From Bispira polyomma (lineage: Eukaryota), in contig OZ287752.1 of assembly GCA_965649765.1 (NCBI GenBank), positions 62,558,001 through 62,622,000 on the forward strand: 64,000 nucleotides of DNA. The letters run 5' to 3'. This document shows positions 1-10,666 of this stretch, one piece after another (positions within the stretch are counted from its first letter, which is position 1; each line of letters begins with the position of its first letter). Under the pieces are notes generated by a model. That model saw only the letters and a list, made by a program, of their open reading frames with translations, searched no databases and was not told where the DNA came from. The translations under genes were made by a program, and so were the position numbers.

Positions 1-83
1 CAGAATTCATGGTTTAGTATTGTATTGTACTTCTAAATATATATGATCCTGTTGAATGTGATCCTTAGAGCTTTAACTTACAC

Positions 84-446
84 TTACATCTTCTATGCTT
101 TCTCTTGGCAATCTCACCAGAGGCAATCGTCTCTCCACCTCTGGTTTCCTACCAAAAAACAAGCTGGTTCAAAATCATTCTTAGTTACAGCACCTGCTGA
201 ATGGAATAGCCTCCCTACCAGCCTTCGGACTGAGCATTATGGGTTTCACAAAAAGGCTCAAAACACATCTGTATCAGCTCGCTTTTCGACCCTAGCATGC
301 ATCTGATGGTCACGACTGAATCTCTGATCACGAACTTTTTTTCCGTCTACCGGACTATGCTCTTGCACATTTACTAGGATATGCGCGACAGAGAATGCCT
401 GGTCGTCGATTATGGCTCTATAGAAGTAAAAACAATAACATTAACA
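84..446 (+). mobile_element. 5'-truncated L2/CR1-group LINE 3' end (family A) with (AACATT)n tail and 11-bp target-site duplication
   Basis: Encodes a degenerate LINE ORF2 C-terminus (GSKSFLVTAPAEWNSLPTSLR..., then LKTHLYQLAF in another frame) and ends in AACATT repeats. TTAACTTACAC flanks it at 73-83 and 447-457. Related copies lie at ~39372 and ~42077. Confidence 0.8.
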
Positions 447-1206
447 TTAACTTACACAAAGAATATTTTCCAAGTTTAATTCCCTAGACAATTACTATAT
501 GGATGAACATGCTATGATGTAATTAACCTGGCACAGCGGTATCATTATGTGCTCATATACTGTGAAGTTATCTCATACTATTGTGGCATTATGTTGTCAA
601 TTGTAGTTGTTACACATTGGCAAATCAAAAATAAATTAAAACCAGCTAAATAAGAGTGAATAACATCAATATTATGACATTGGGTCATCTGTAAATACCA
701 GTAAAATGTAAAACCAAACTATATGTGTACAATATGTGGGAACATGTGTTAATAGTCTATGGATATGTCTTACTTTCGTATTGTTCTTTAGCAATTTGTA
801 GCCACTTCAGGGGCCCACTACTTCAGTTCCTAAACATCTTAATACCCCACCTTTAATACTATACTTTTATACTGTACCCCCAATAATTTAGTATTTAGTG
901 ATGTTATCGTCATGGGTATTTCTGAGACACCAGGTAGTGTTTCGCCAAACCAGAAGAAAGCAGATAGCCAGCAAGATGATTAATGTTGGAAATCAGTAAA
1001 AACAGAGTGTTAGTCGTAAGATATCTGATCCCATCACAGTACAAGATTTAGGAATCTCAATATTGGAAGCAAATCGCCCCTGTGCAAGCCAGAATTGTTT
1101 TAGTTAATCTGATCTGAGGGAAGTCATGCAAGTACTCCGACGTCTGGAGTCAGCAAACAAGATTGAATCCAGGGATTGTCAAAGCTTGACAACTCACCTG
1201 GCATCC

Positions 1207-1905
1207 CATAACAACCCTTTGTGAAATGGTACCATAATTGATTTGTGTCAGCAAAATATACTCTAGTAGGTCACACCTCTCCCCAGGATGTCACAAGGTT
1301 TGACTTCAACATGCTTAACAACCATCGCATAATGACCCTTGTTAAATGTACCATATTTTATCTGTGTCAGCAAGATGTACTGTAGGTCCCACCTCTCACT
1401 CAGGTTGTCACAGCGTTTGACTTCCACATGCTTAACAACCATCGCATAACAACCACATAGAAATTTGGAATTTACACCGACCATATCGTCCACAACCAAG
1501 TGATATCCTGAACTACGTCATCAACAGCTGACAACTGTAAAGTTGATGTTTTTTTAAAGTACCTGTCTTCATATCCCTGTTAGATAGATAGATTTGTATT
1601 TTTATTTGTTTCATTAGGTAGCTAGTATATCTCATTATATAATATAAATATCATTTCCAAAATCTTTACCCATACCACTGAGGAGATCTAAAGGGAACCC
1701 TTCACGTTTAATATGCAATTTTAATGTTTTACAATACCGTGAATTTTACCTATGTGTGTGGTAATTGCTCTACATACGGTAATATAAAACAGTGTGCAAA
1801 ACGTCTCTAATGTACTATAATTGATCCGTGTCACCAAGATGTCCTCTACTAGGTCCCACCTCTCACGCAAGATGTCACAACAATTGACTTCCACACGTTC
1901 AATCA
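1207..1905. repeat. ~120-bp degenerate tandem repeat (2 adjacent copies, 1207-~1454) plus a displaced third copy (~1809-1905)
   Basis: Recurring block TGTAC(C/T)ATA...TGTCA(G/C)CAA(A/G)AT...AGGTC(C/A)CACCTCTC...TTGACTTC(C/A)ACA seen three times. Confidence 0.75.
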
Positions 1906-3564
1906 GATACAGCACAGCCCCAATTTATGGGTTATACATTCTCACAACGACTTCTGACGGGATGGTACAGTGGCAGGAAGCGAAGTACAAGTATTTAAGA
2001 CACTTGAAGCTTTGAGTGGGAGTTTACTAAGTGGTAGGCCTAACTCTGCATAAAAATCTAAGCGGGAAGAATAAATGACCCACCGGTGGACTTAATGTAA
2101 TAAAAGTGTTGCAATTAATGTATCTAGTTATGCACAGCAGTTTTTACACTCCGATACTAGCCATGTAAACAATTGAAATCAGTAAAGCTCTTCTGTACCA
2201 GACAGTTCTATTGGTCATTGTAATTCCAACCCGCCCAAAAAAACTCATAGTCAACAGCAGCTATAGCTGCTCAGATGGCTGAGTTAGAAAACGTAAATAA
2301 CACATGTTATACCAGGTAAGCGTCTGAAACCTACCCATGGTGGTCCTGATGAATTTGAAGGGTTAGCAAACGTGTGTTATGACAAGCATGACATGACCAG
2401 ATAATTTAATTTGTGTGGGTGGTGGTCAGGAGAAGTGATCTTATGATGATCTTAATCAAACTCATTGGGCATTGGTTCAAATCGATTTGGAACTGGCAGT
2501 TGATGTTGATATTGAATTGATGATTTTAGTGTTAAATTATGTGTCAATTCTTTCAAAAAAAGGCTAATCCACATATATACACCAGCAAAGCAATTTAAAC
2601 TTAATAGGAATAAGGAGGGGTCTTCCAAAAATGTCCTGCAATTACCGCCATTTATGATTTGGTCAGTAGCAGATTTGATGTTGCAGTGTATTCAAAATGC
2701 ATGAGTGTTAATAGTTTTTCTAGGGTTTTACATGTTTCTAAAGTCTCTGTATTGGCACCCTATTATACACTGGTCTGCATTACCCATTTCACTAGCATGG
2801 CTGACAAGAAGTTGATGGAAATGTGTATTTGTGTATGCCATGTTTGTGGATGCCTGAAACTTTACTGCACACACATATAACTTGCCTCAGTTTGCTGCAA
2901 TACAAATATCTTGGTATATGGCATTTACAGTACATATATGCAGAGTTGTACTGATATAATTTAACTTGGAATTGTAACGGCATGTAGCATTATCAAATAC
3001 CAAAAACCAAAATAGGAAGATAACGGCCTACAAATGTACTGATGCATTTCAGGACTTATATGTGTGCATTATCTACACATACATCTACCTTTTTCAATAT
3101 ATTTTGAATTTGATTTTGGGTTTAACGCCTCTTTCAACATGATATAATATAACAGATTTTTAACATCCCTAATTTCATTCCAGACATCTTCTAGTGCGCA
3201 ACATCATTTACAAATCGTAGTCCGTTTCCAATGCAAATTAAGATATATTGTATTGTATATTTGTCCAATATGTATATATTTGACCTCATGTTATATTTGC
3301 AGTAAGTACATAAAAATGATTGTTTAATATATATGGTTAAAATTTTAATCAAAAACAATTTAATGAAATAAGTAAAAACTTATGGTACATGTATTGGGTT
3401 TCTTATGTTCAAATCTGGCTATTTTATTACTGATGTCATATGTCACATTCCTCTAGCATATTACAATACAGTTTAACCGATTTTGCGTTATATAAATGCT
3501 TAAATTATTATTATAACATTTACTGTAATTTTCCTATCTGAAAAGAAAGGTTTGAGGATGACCA

Positions 3565-3778
3565 TTTATCAACATTCACCAGGATTTTTAGCCTGCCACT
3601 GGGAATAGGGGACAGAGTGCCCAGTGACAGAGCACCCCAATCTGAGCCATAAGGCAAACGCGGTACACATCTTGCCAAGGAAAGCTATCACACTAATAAA
3701 ACTAGCATATGGTACCAGTAGAAACCAGGACCTTCTTATCATCAGACCAGCTTTCCAATCACTAGGCCATGGGACCAC
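3565..3778 (-). mobile_element. degenerate tRNA-derived SINE
   Basis: Minus strand starts GTGGTCCCATGGCCTAGTGATTGG (box A-like), then a box B-like segment and TCCTTGGCAAGA, which resembles a CORE-type SINE body. Confidence 0.5.
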
Positions 3779-4359
3779 AAAATAATGTTGAATGATGCTG
3801 TCCTTTCAAACTATCAACTGACAGGAATTAGTCTGGGGATGGACAAAGGGTATGGTATGGTGACCTGTCGGTTAGAAGGTTGTCTCAAATCTCGCACGGC
3901 AGTTTAATTAACTCTACTGGTTCCATTTTGTGGGGATATGTTGCAATCACTTTTCTTAGAGTAGTGGTTTACAGTTTATTAATATAGATATTTTACATAT
4001 GTTAAAACCTTATGAACAGCCACGCTATTTGGATATTTTTTTTGTCCATCACATTTTGGTGTGCACATAATTGTTCTTTGCATAGTGTCAATTGGGAAGC
4101 AAATATGCATTATGAACAACTGCCAAATAATACCTGTCTGGAGGGTAATTGTCCTCTTAGCAGATGTATGTGTTTTTGGTGTAATAATTATGTAAACTGT
4201 TAGATCAAATCCTATTATTAAAGAAGTAAGTATTTCAACCAAATTAAGACTTAATGTGCTTGTAAAAATATAAGCAATAGACTGCAATTTCTACTTCTTT
4301 ACATTCAGTCACTTCTTTAACAACTCATATTAATTGCGAATATTACCAAAACAAATAAA

Positions 4360-4388
4360 ACAAAACAATTACTTCACAGTACTTTATT
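4360..4388 (-). terminator. candidate polyadenylation signal of the GPCR (AATAAA at 4388-4383)
   Basis: AATAAA on the minus strand followed ~20-40 nt downstream by a GU/U-rich tract (TTGTTTTGTTTTATTTGTTTT). Implies a ~2.4 kb 3' UTR. Confidence 0.5.
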
Positions 4389-4639
4389 TATGACAAACCT
4401 CACACGAATGAATAACAAATAGGTTATCACAAAGTTTTTAATATCTAGGTCACCAGCAAATCTGACACAATACACTACGGATGACATGTACAATGAAAGT
4501 GACCCAAGTAAAGGCCATATTTGCCCACTTTAAAGTAATGAAAAATATGTTTTTGTTGATAATATAAAAACTACACTCGCTTCCCATTCACTCTCGAATT
4601 ATTAAAAATTCACGTTCCACTTTCAAGGTTGTAGTCACT

Positions 4640-4840
4640 CAACAGCCCTCGTACCTCGCTTTCATTTTCCAAGAGATGCAACAGCCTTTTTGTTTGTTAA
4701 CTTTTTGCTAGACCCATCAGAAAGGCAGGATTCATAGTTTTACCATTGCAGCTACCTTGTTATGGAACAGTCTTATAGTTGACCTCAGATCAGTAGATAC
4801 ATTTATTGGTTTTAGAAAAAACCTCAAAACCCACCCTAGC
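4640..4840 (+). mobile_element. degenerate L2-type LINE 3' fragment within the putative GPCR 3' UTR (antisense to the gene)
   Basis: Remnant ORF2 C-terminal motifs (SFTIAATLLWNSL..DLRS....GFRKNLKTH). Confidence 0.6.
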
Positions 4841-5423
4841 TTCACTCCTGTAAACCCCAAAATCTTTCTTTATGACCTTGCTATGGCCATGGACTTCACT
4901 GTTCAGACCATGTAAAATGAAGACGGACTTACAGTTATGTCATAATAATTACCAACACCTGTGCTCATAATGGCCTAATATGTGATGATAGTTAAAATAT
5001 ATTTAGTGAAACATCTCAATATAATTAAAGAACAGTTTCTAAGTAAATGTACAAATAAAATACATAAATAGTATATAGTTCGGCCGGTTAAAATGAATTC
5101 ATTGGTTTTAAACAATAATATATAACATTTCAAAAATTTGCACTTTTAATCCAAGACATAACAAACAAAACAAAAATGTCTTTTTGGTAAGACCATAACA
5201 ACAATGGAATACAGACGTTTTGGTATAATCACTTGCAAATATTAGAATCTACAAGTTTGTAAGCACTTTATTCTTATTGCAGTTTTTTTTTAGGTTTTTG
5301 TTTGTGTGCCTGCTGTTAAAATCTACTTGTGCTCTTAATGTAGTCATGTATAAGGCGTAAAGCATAGCTTTTGTCAATAAAGCCGCTCTGTCGCCAATTG
5401 GCAACCCCCAAAAATAGCCAATA

Positions 5424-5628
5424 TCAATTGGTCACAAAATACTGTCTTTGTAAGGATATACACACCTGTCTGTTCTGAGAAGAGACATATATTGTCCTTG
5501 TTGGCTACTCACATAGCTACTTAGCCATCAATTGACCACAAAATAGTGTTTTTGTAAGGATATACACACCTGTCTGTTCTGAGAAGAGACATATAGTCTT
5601 TGTTAGCTACTCACATAGCTACTTAGTC
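5424..5628. repeat. 104-bp tandem duplication (2 copies)
   Basis: TCAATTG..CACAAAATA...GGATATACACACCTGTCTGTTCTGAGAAGAGACATATA...GCTACTCACATAGCTACTTAG starts at 5424 and again at 5528. Confidence 0.9.
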
Positions 5629-6815
5629 CTAAAATGATAAACAAATATTTTTCTGTCGTATTCATAATATATTTCCCTTTTTAACCAAATGAACCCGTTT
5701 TACTGTAATCTAAACATTCATGTGATTCATAATTAATGTGATTCACAGTTCTGTATAAACTCATTTGGTTTATTCAACCTAGATAGAGATACACATATTC
5801 TCCGATTAACAAAGACAACACTGTTTTTTTTCTGTACTTCTTTACGATACTTTTTTTTTATCAATACCAGTAGTAGAACAAATAAAACCCCCCTTTGTCA
5901 TAGCACTGTTATTATAATATCGTTCACTCATATATAAACGCAAGGTGGACCCTTTTTTTTTTATAGAACAGTAATCATTTATTCTTTGATAATCTGACAC
6001 ATATATCTGTACACATATCCACTTATTATCATGACTGTCGACTATACAGTATACACGTATAACAAGTATATAATCAACTTAGGCTGACCTCGAGTGCATC
6101 TCGAGCCAAGCATTCACCAGCAACAACCAGATAAACAGAGCAAGAGTTAACAACTTTAACTGAATTTTACAGTAGAACAAGTAACTGTCTTGGGTTTGTT
6201 CTTGAATCCGGGGAATCCCTTCAATTACTTGTATGTCCAATCCTTGAGGATGTTACCACTAGTCAATCCGGTGTTTCTTTTAATTTTTCTGTGTGAATGA
6301 AACATTAAAACACTCTCAAGACTATACAGCTAGGGAACAGCTTAAATGTTAAACCAAAGTATGAATAATGTAGTTTTCAGAAGCCTTCACACATATTAGC
6401 TTTGGTAAGAAGACACTGATTTTGCATGATACCTTTCAAACAATTGCAATCATGCCACCTATGTATAGCTCTGTGTTTTATGGTACAAGCAGCAGTACCA
6501 AGTTGAATGAGGAGGAGCAACATAATTCTATCACAAAAAACAACAACACCCATATACATTTTAAGTAATACTATTTATAAAAGTGTACAACATATTCAAT
6601 ATTTTTCAATGAAAATAGAAATCCTGTTTCTTTTTGTCTTTATACCATGATTACCAAGGTCAAGATCAGCAATTGTATATCACTCATGTGTCATAGTCCA
6701 GTGAAGACACTATATGTCACTGCAATGTGATGCTTCAAGCTTGCACATACTCATCCTGATTATTTTTGTCTCAGTTGAAGTTCATAGTTGCAGTTGGCAT
6801 TGTTTTTACTATATT

Positions 6816-8192
6816 TTAGAGTGTAGTTTCATGGGTTAAACAGTTCTTATTTCCATTTTCAGTGGCCAGTGACATATAGTGTGATGGTTCCCCATAGGTC
6901 TGGGTAGACCCTCCTATTCTGAAGATCCTTTTGAATGTCTCTCTGAATTGCCTGCTCATCCCACAGTAGATGAAGAAGTTAATGGGATAACTTAACAAGA
7001 TGCACAGGTTCATGAGAAGGCTTGCAATGTCAAAGATGGCTGTCGTCTCCACGAGGTGAGGATAGAAAGAAGAATGAAGGATATAAAGGATGAAGAAGAT
7101 AGCCATTGGAAATTCAACTAATAGAAAGACACCAACGACAGCGACTAGCATGAAGGTGGTGCTGTTTGTTTCTTTCAGGCGTCGACACTCGGAGTTGCGG
7201 TTCTGTTTCATAAGTTGTTCTCTTCTAACCTGGGCGGCTCTCATAGTAACAATCAGAAAGGCATTCAGAATCACTAGACATACGCAGGGAATCATATGGA
7301 CAGCCAGAACTCTGAACCACCAGTATGTCTGATAGTAGGCATTCTCGTGGTTGCTAATGAACTGAGAGTATCCTTGCTCACATCCAGGCACCATCTTCCA
7401 GGGTTCAATGACAGATGGCAGTACAATATCCTTGTAAGTTTTCTCAGTAAACTTGCTCACCTGAGACAAGAAGGCTACTATATAGATAACAACAATGGCT
7501 ATCTGAATGTTTCTAATGGTGCACCACTGTTTGGCCTTCAGGGAATGGCATACACAGAGATACCTCTGAAAAGCGAGCGCGACTGTAAGCCAAATGGATG
7601 CTGTGTGACAAATAGTTGGCATATTCAAGAATAGGGTGTCAGTAAGTTTGGCCCACAGACAAGACTGCCATTCTTTATAGTAACCTAGAGTATATATGTG
7701 AATAAACACAGGTGTGGGTATTATTCCTGTCAGCAAGTCAGATATTGCCATGGCGACCAGCAGCAAATTTGTTGGGTTGCGCATGTGCTTCTGTAGCAGA
7801 ACCACACAGACCAAAATATTAGTGATCAAGGTGAAAAATCCTAGACAAGGTAAAATGTAGCCATACACAGGTAAATGTAATATGTTCATTTGGTCTATGA
7901 CATGGATGGCTATGGATGAGGAAAACATACATGCCGATGTGGACACTGACAAATTCTTCCTGCTGCAGAACTCGTCTACCAGAGCCCATTCTTTATGGCC
8001 TCGAGGCTCGGTGGTTTCATTGAACATACCCAAGATGGCACTGCCAATCATATCAGACGCCACTGCTTTTGTGTAAATGGAATGACAGCATTCCTCATAA
8101 GATACGGTTAACTCCATGTCGGATGGAAATTGACTTGCAGAGGTATTCATGCCGATGGCATCGTTTATTGTATCATTCACCTCTTGGTCCAT
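6816..8192 (-). CDS. SPR: Sex peptide receptor / myoinhibitory peptide (MIP, allatostatin-B) receptor-like class A GPCR, 458 aa, intronless CDS
   Basis: Seven hydrophobic segments. Family-typical motifs: TM1 'TLITNILVCVVL..KHMRNPTN', TM2 'LVAMAISDLLT', TM3 'PTICHTASIWLTVALAFQRYLCVCH' (QRY replacing DRY), ICL3 'SECRRLKETNSTTFML', TM6 'VFLLVEFP', TM7/H8 'SYPINFFIYCGMSRQFRETF'. N-terminal N-glycosylation sequons present. Confidence 0.88.
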   Translation of the reverse strand: MDQEVNDTINDAIGMNTSASQFPSDMELTVSYEECCHSIYTKAVASDMIGSAILGMFNETTEPRGHKEWALVDEFCSRKNLSVSTSACMFSSSIAIHVIDQMNILHLPVYGYILPCLGFFTLITNILVCVVLLQKHMRNPTNLLLVAMAISDLLTGIIPTPVFIHIYTLGYYKEWQSCLWAKLTDTLFLNMPTICHTASIWLTVALAFQRYLCVCHSLKAKQWCTIRNIQIAIVVIYIVAFLSQVSKFTEKTYKDIVLPSVIEPWKMVPGCEQGYSQFISNHENAYYQTYWWFRVLAVHMIPCVCLVILNAFLIVTMRAAQVRREQLMKQNRNSECRRLKETNSTTFMLVAVVGVFLLVEFPMAIFFILYILHSSFYPHLVETTAIFDIASLLMNLCILLSYPINFFIYCGMSRQFRETFKRIFRIGGSTQTYGEPSHYMSLATENGNKNCLTHETTL

Positions 8193-8335
8193 TTTGAAGA
8201 CTAGATAATCAGTTCAACCATCAGGACAAGAAGACTTTATTTGAAGTCATTCATTTGCAAGTAAAATTCAAGCTTAAATTGTCAGCACTCTTTCTGTCGT
8301 TCTGCATCACCACTCAAACCTACAATATAAAGAGG
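8193..8335 (-). promoter_or_regulatory. 5' UTR part of the GPCR coding exon with splice acceptor (AG at 8321-8320) and four uORFs
   Basis: Minus strand CCTCTTTATATTGTAG|GTTTGAG. Upstream ATGs at 8307, 8254, 8250 and 8221 all terminate before the main ATG at 8192. Confidence 0.65.
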
Positions 8336-9677
8336 TCATTATGGTTACAATGAAAAATAAGGCAAATTCAGAAATAGTATTACATGAGGAAATAAGGTTG
8401 TTTTTTTTGTCTATATTAAAAGAACCCCCTGATAAATTAGATTAAGATGCATTTAAACATGCAAAAATAGATTGTCATCCTCCTTTTAATTCAATTTCCT
8501 GTTAAAAAGGAAATCAAACAGACGTCAGCCCCTGCATGAAATCTTATTTGCCATTTCTAATAATAGAAAATTAATTGAAGATAATAAAATTGAAGAATTA
8601 AAGCACATCATTTAAATAAATAGAGGATATAAGATTTAAAATCAGGTGGGAAAATACCTGTTGTGAAATTTACAATTTTTGTTACCAACCCAACTAGAAT
8701 CTAGATAATTTATCATTTTAGCATGAACCAGTTTCAAGAAACATCTCGGCAAACATGGCGGCCCGTGTAGTAGTTCTTGAACAAATATCTCACTACATCA
8801 ATATTGGAATTCAAACCATAAAACTTACATGATATTTCTACTAAATAAGGTGTGAAGGTAACATTTCTTTCAATTACTTATATGGTAGCATAGGTGCTTC
8901 ACTACATTTGTAGAAGGATAAACAGTCTCATGCTTCGTATTACAAATAAAATCAATTAACCAACATTTTAATTATATCAATATGATAGATATGTACTTTA
9001 TTCACTGTCGTATATAATGGTTCTACTATTAGCATTATGGACATACTATTGTGATAAACTACTTTTAATGACATTATCTTACAATACAAATATATTGATG
9101 CTGCAATGTACTCCTGCTTGGTGTTCTTTAGTATGAAGATTAAGCACTGTAAAAAGCAGACAGAAGTTCCTACAATATGATCATAACCTACTTTAGAATA
9201 ATAAAACTCAAGTCTATGAAATCAACAAAATTAATTTTCTCTGCATAAATACATCACATCTATTTAAAAATATAATTTTAGAATAGATACACTGTTTGCA
9301 GATATTAATAGCACATATTGCAGATCATATAGTTTCAACAGATATAACCCATGAACTGCAATAGGAAAAACTGAAATATGAAAAAACCCACCCCCTGTTA
9401 TGATTTGTCCTAGTTTTACCCATTACACGTGGAAGCTCTAAATGCCCACAAAACAATTTTCTCCATTTAGGCAATTTTTTGGGGAAAAAATTTGGTTTTG
9501 TCATTCTTTGATAGAAAGCTTTTAGCACTGTCATTTCCCATAAGTGAAAACAATCAGGACATAATTAGAGGGTTCGAGTGAACATATAAAGTACTACATG
9601 TGGAGGACCTAACATTAGCAGGTTGTTTTTTATCTGAAATAATGTGCCTTGAAAACAAATATCAAAATGACGTCCTG

Positions 9678-9679
<2 letters not shown>

Positions 9680-9761
<82 letters not shown>

Positions 9762-9765
9762 GTGT
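9680..9765. repeat. (TA)n followed by (TG)n compound microsatellite
   Basis: Directly visible. Confidence 0.97.
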
Positions 9766-9864
9766 TGTTACAATCTGTGTGGTAAATAAAGTTTAGTCAA
9801 TTTCACACTGGTAAACTAAAATTGTACAGCCAAAGTGAAAACAATACACTTGTGATAATTACCT

Positions 9865-10008
9865 TTCTACCTGGATCTGTACCCCATCCTAAAACCAAAT
9901 TTTATGTAAATCAGTTTGGTGGTTATTTTGATGTAATAATCAAAGGGGGGGTCAAATAAACAAACCAACATACAAGGACGTAACATAACATCCTTGGCAG
10001 AGGTTATT
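9865..10008 (+). mobile_element. 3' part of a HINE-like (non-autonomous Helentron-type) repeat; related pieces at ~15865-16000 and ~53590-53690
   Basis: Ends in AAAC-type repeats then ACATAACATCCTTGGCAGAGGTTA. The complementary ACCTCTGCCAAGG occurs at ~53614, and CCTGGATCTG is shared with the ~15870 piece. Confidence 0.45.
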
Positions 10009-10170
10009 AGGCTGTTATTTTAGTTATTTAAAATTAGTGTCCATATATATGTGTGTAAACAAAAGCTTCTTTTTAAAAGGATTGCATATTATTTCCAACA
10101 TGGCCGCTTTTTCCACAAAACTTTTTCCTGAAAACAATATCATGCTAGGCCTGATAAAAAAGGCTTCTAG

Positions 10171-10666
10171 GTTATTTAAAAGAGGGTAAGCTTCCATTTG
10201 GGGGATCAACTGGGCCCCCAAGAGCGAGTTTTCTGTCCTGGACAATGCTTTGATTTTTACTGATGATACGCATGGTGAGGGGCAGAGTTGTTTACTATAG
10301 CAAATCGTTGTAGATCTGACAAGGTAGTCAATTATGTTCTCTTAAACGGAAAATATACGGCAATATTTTCAAATGATAATTTTTATTAATCAAGTACTTT
10401 TAGGTTGGCCATAAGTTATAATATTGTGTGCAACTATTGGATTGATAAATATACAACCACAGACTAAATGATAGTTTTTTTCTGTTATAGGTGCTGTTAC
10501 ACATTTACAATGAGTTGCTATATAGTAAACAAGTCTGCCCTCGCCATGCGTACTTCAGTAAAATCAAATCAAAGCATTGTCGAGGGCAGAAAACTTCGTT
10601 TACTTGGCCCTCCATGCCCATGTACTGATTTGACAGTATAGAGGCTTCAGCTTCTTTATATTTAAC
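10171..10666. mobile_element. MITE-like element with long imperfect inverted arms (~150 bp)
   Basis: CGAGTTTTCTGTCCTGGACAATGCTTTGATTTTTACTGATGATACGCATGGTGAGGGGCAGAGTTGTTTACTATAGCAA (~10225-10305) is the imperfect reverse complement of ~10515-10598. Confidence 0.75.

Noticed and set aside
7090-8076. Plus-strand ORFs overlapping the GPCR
   Set aside because: Antisense shadows of the coding sequence with no recognisable domains.
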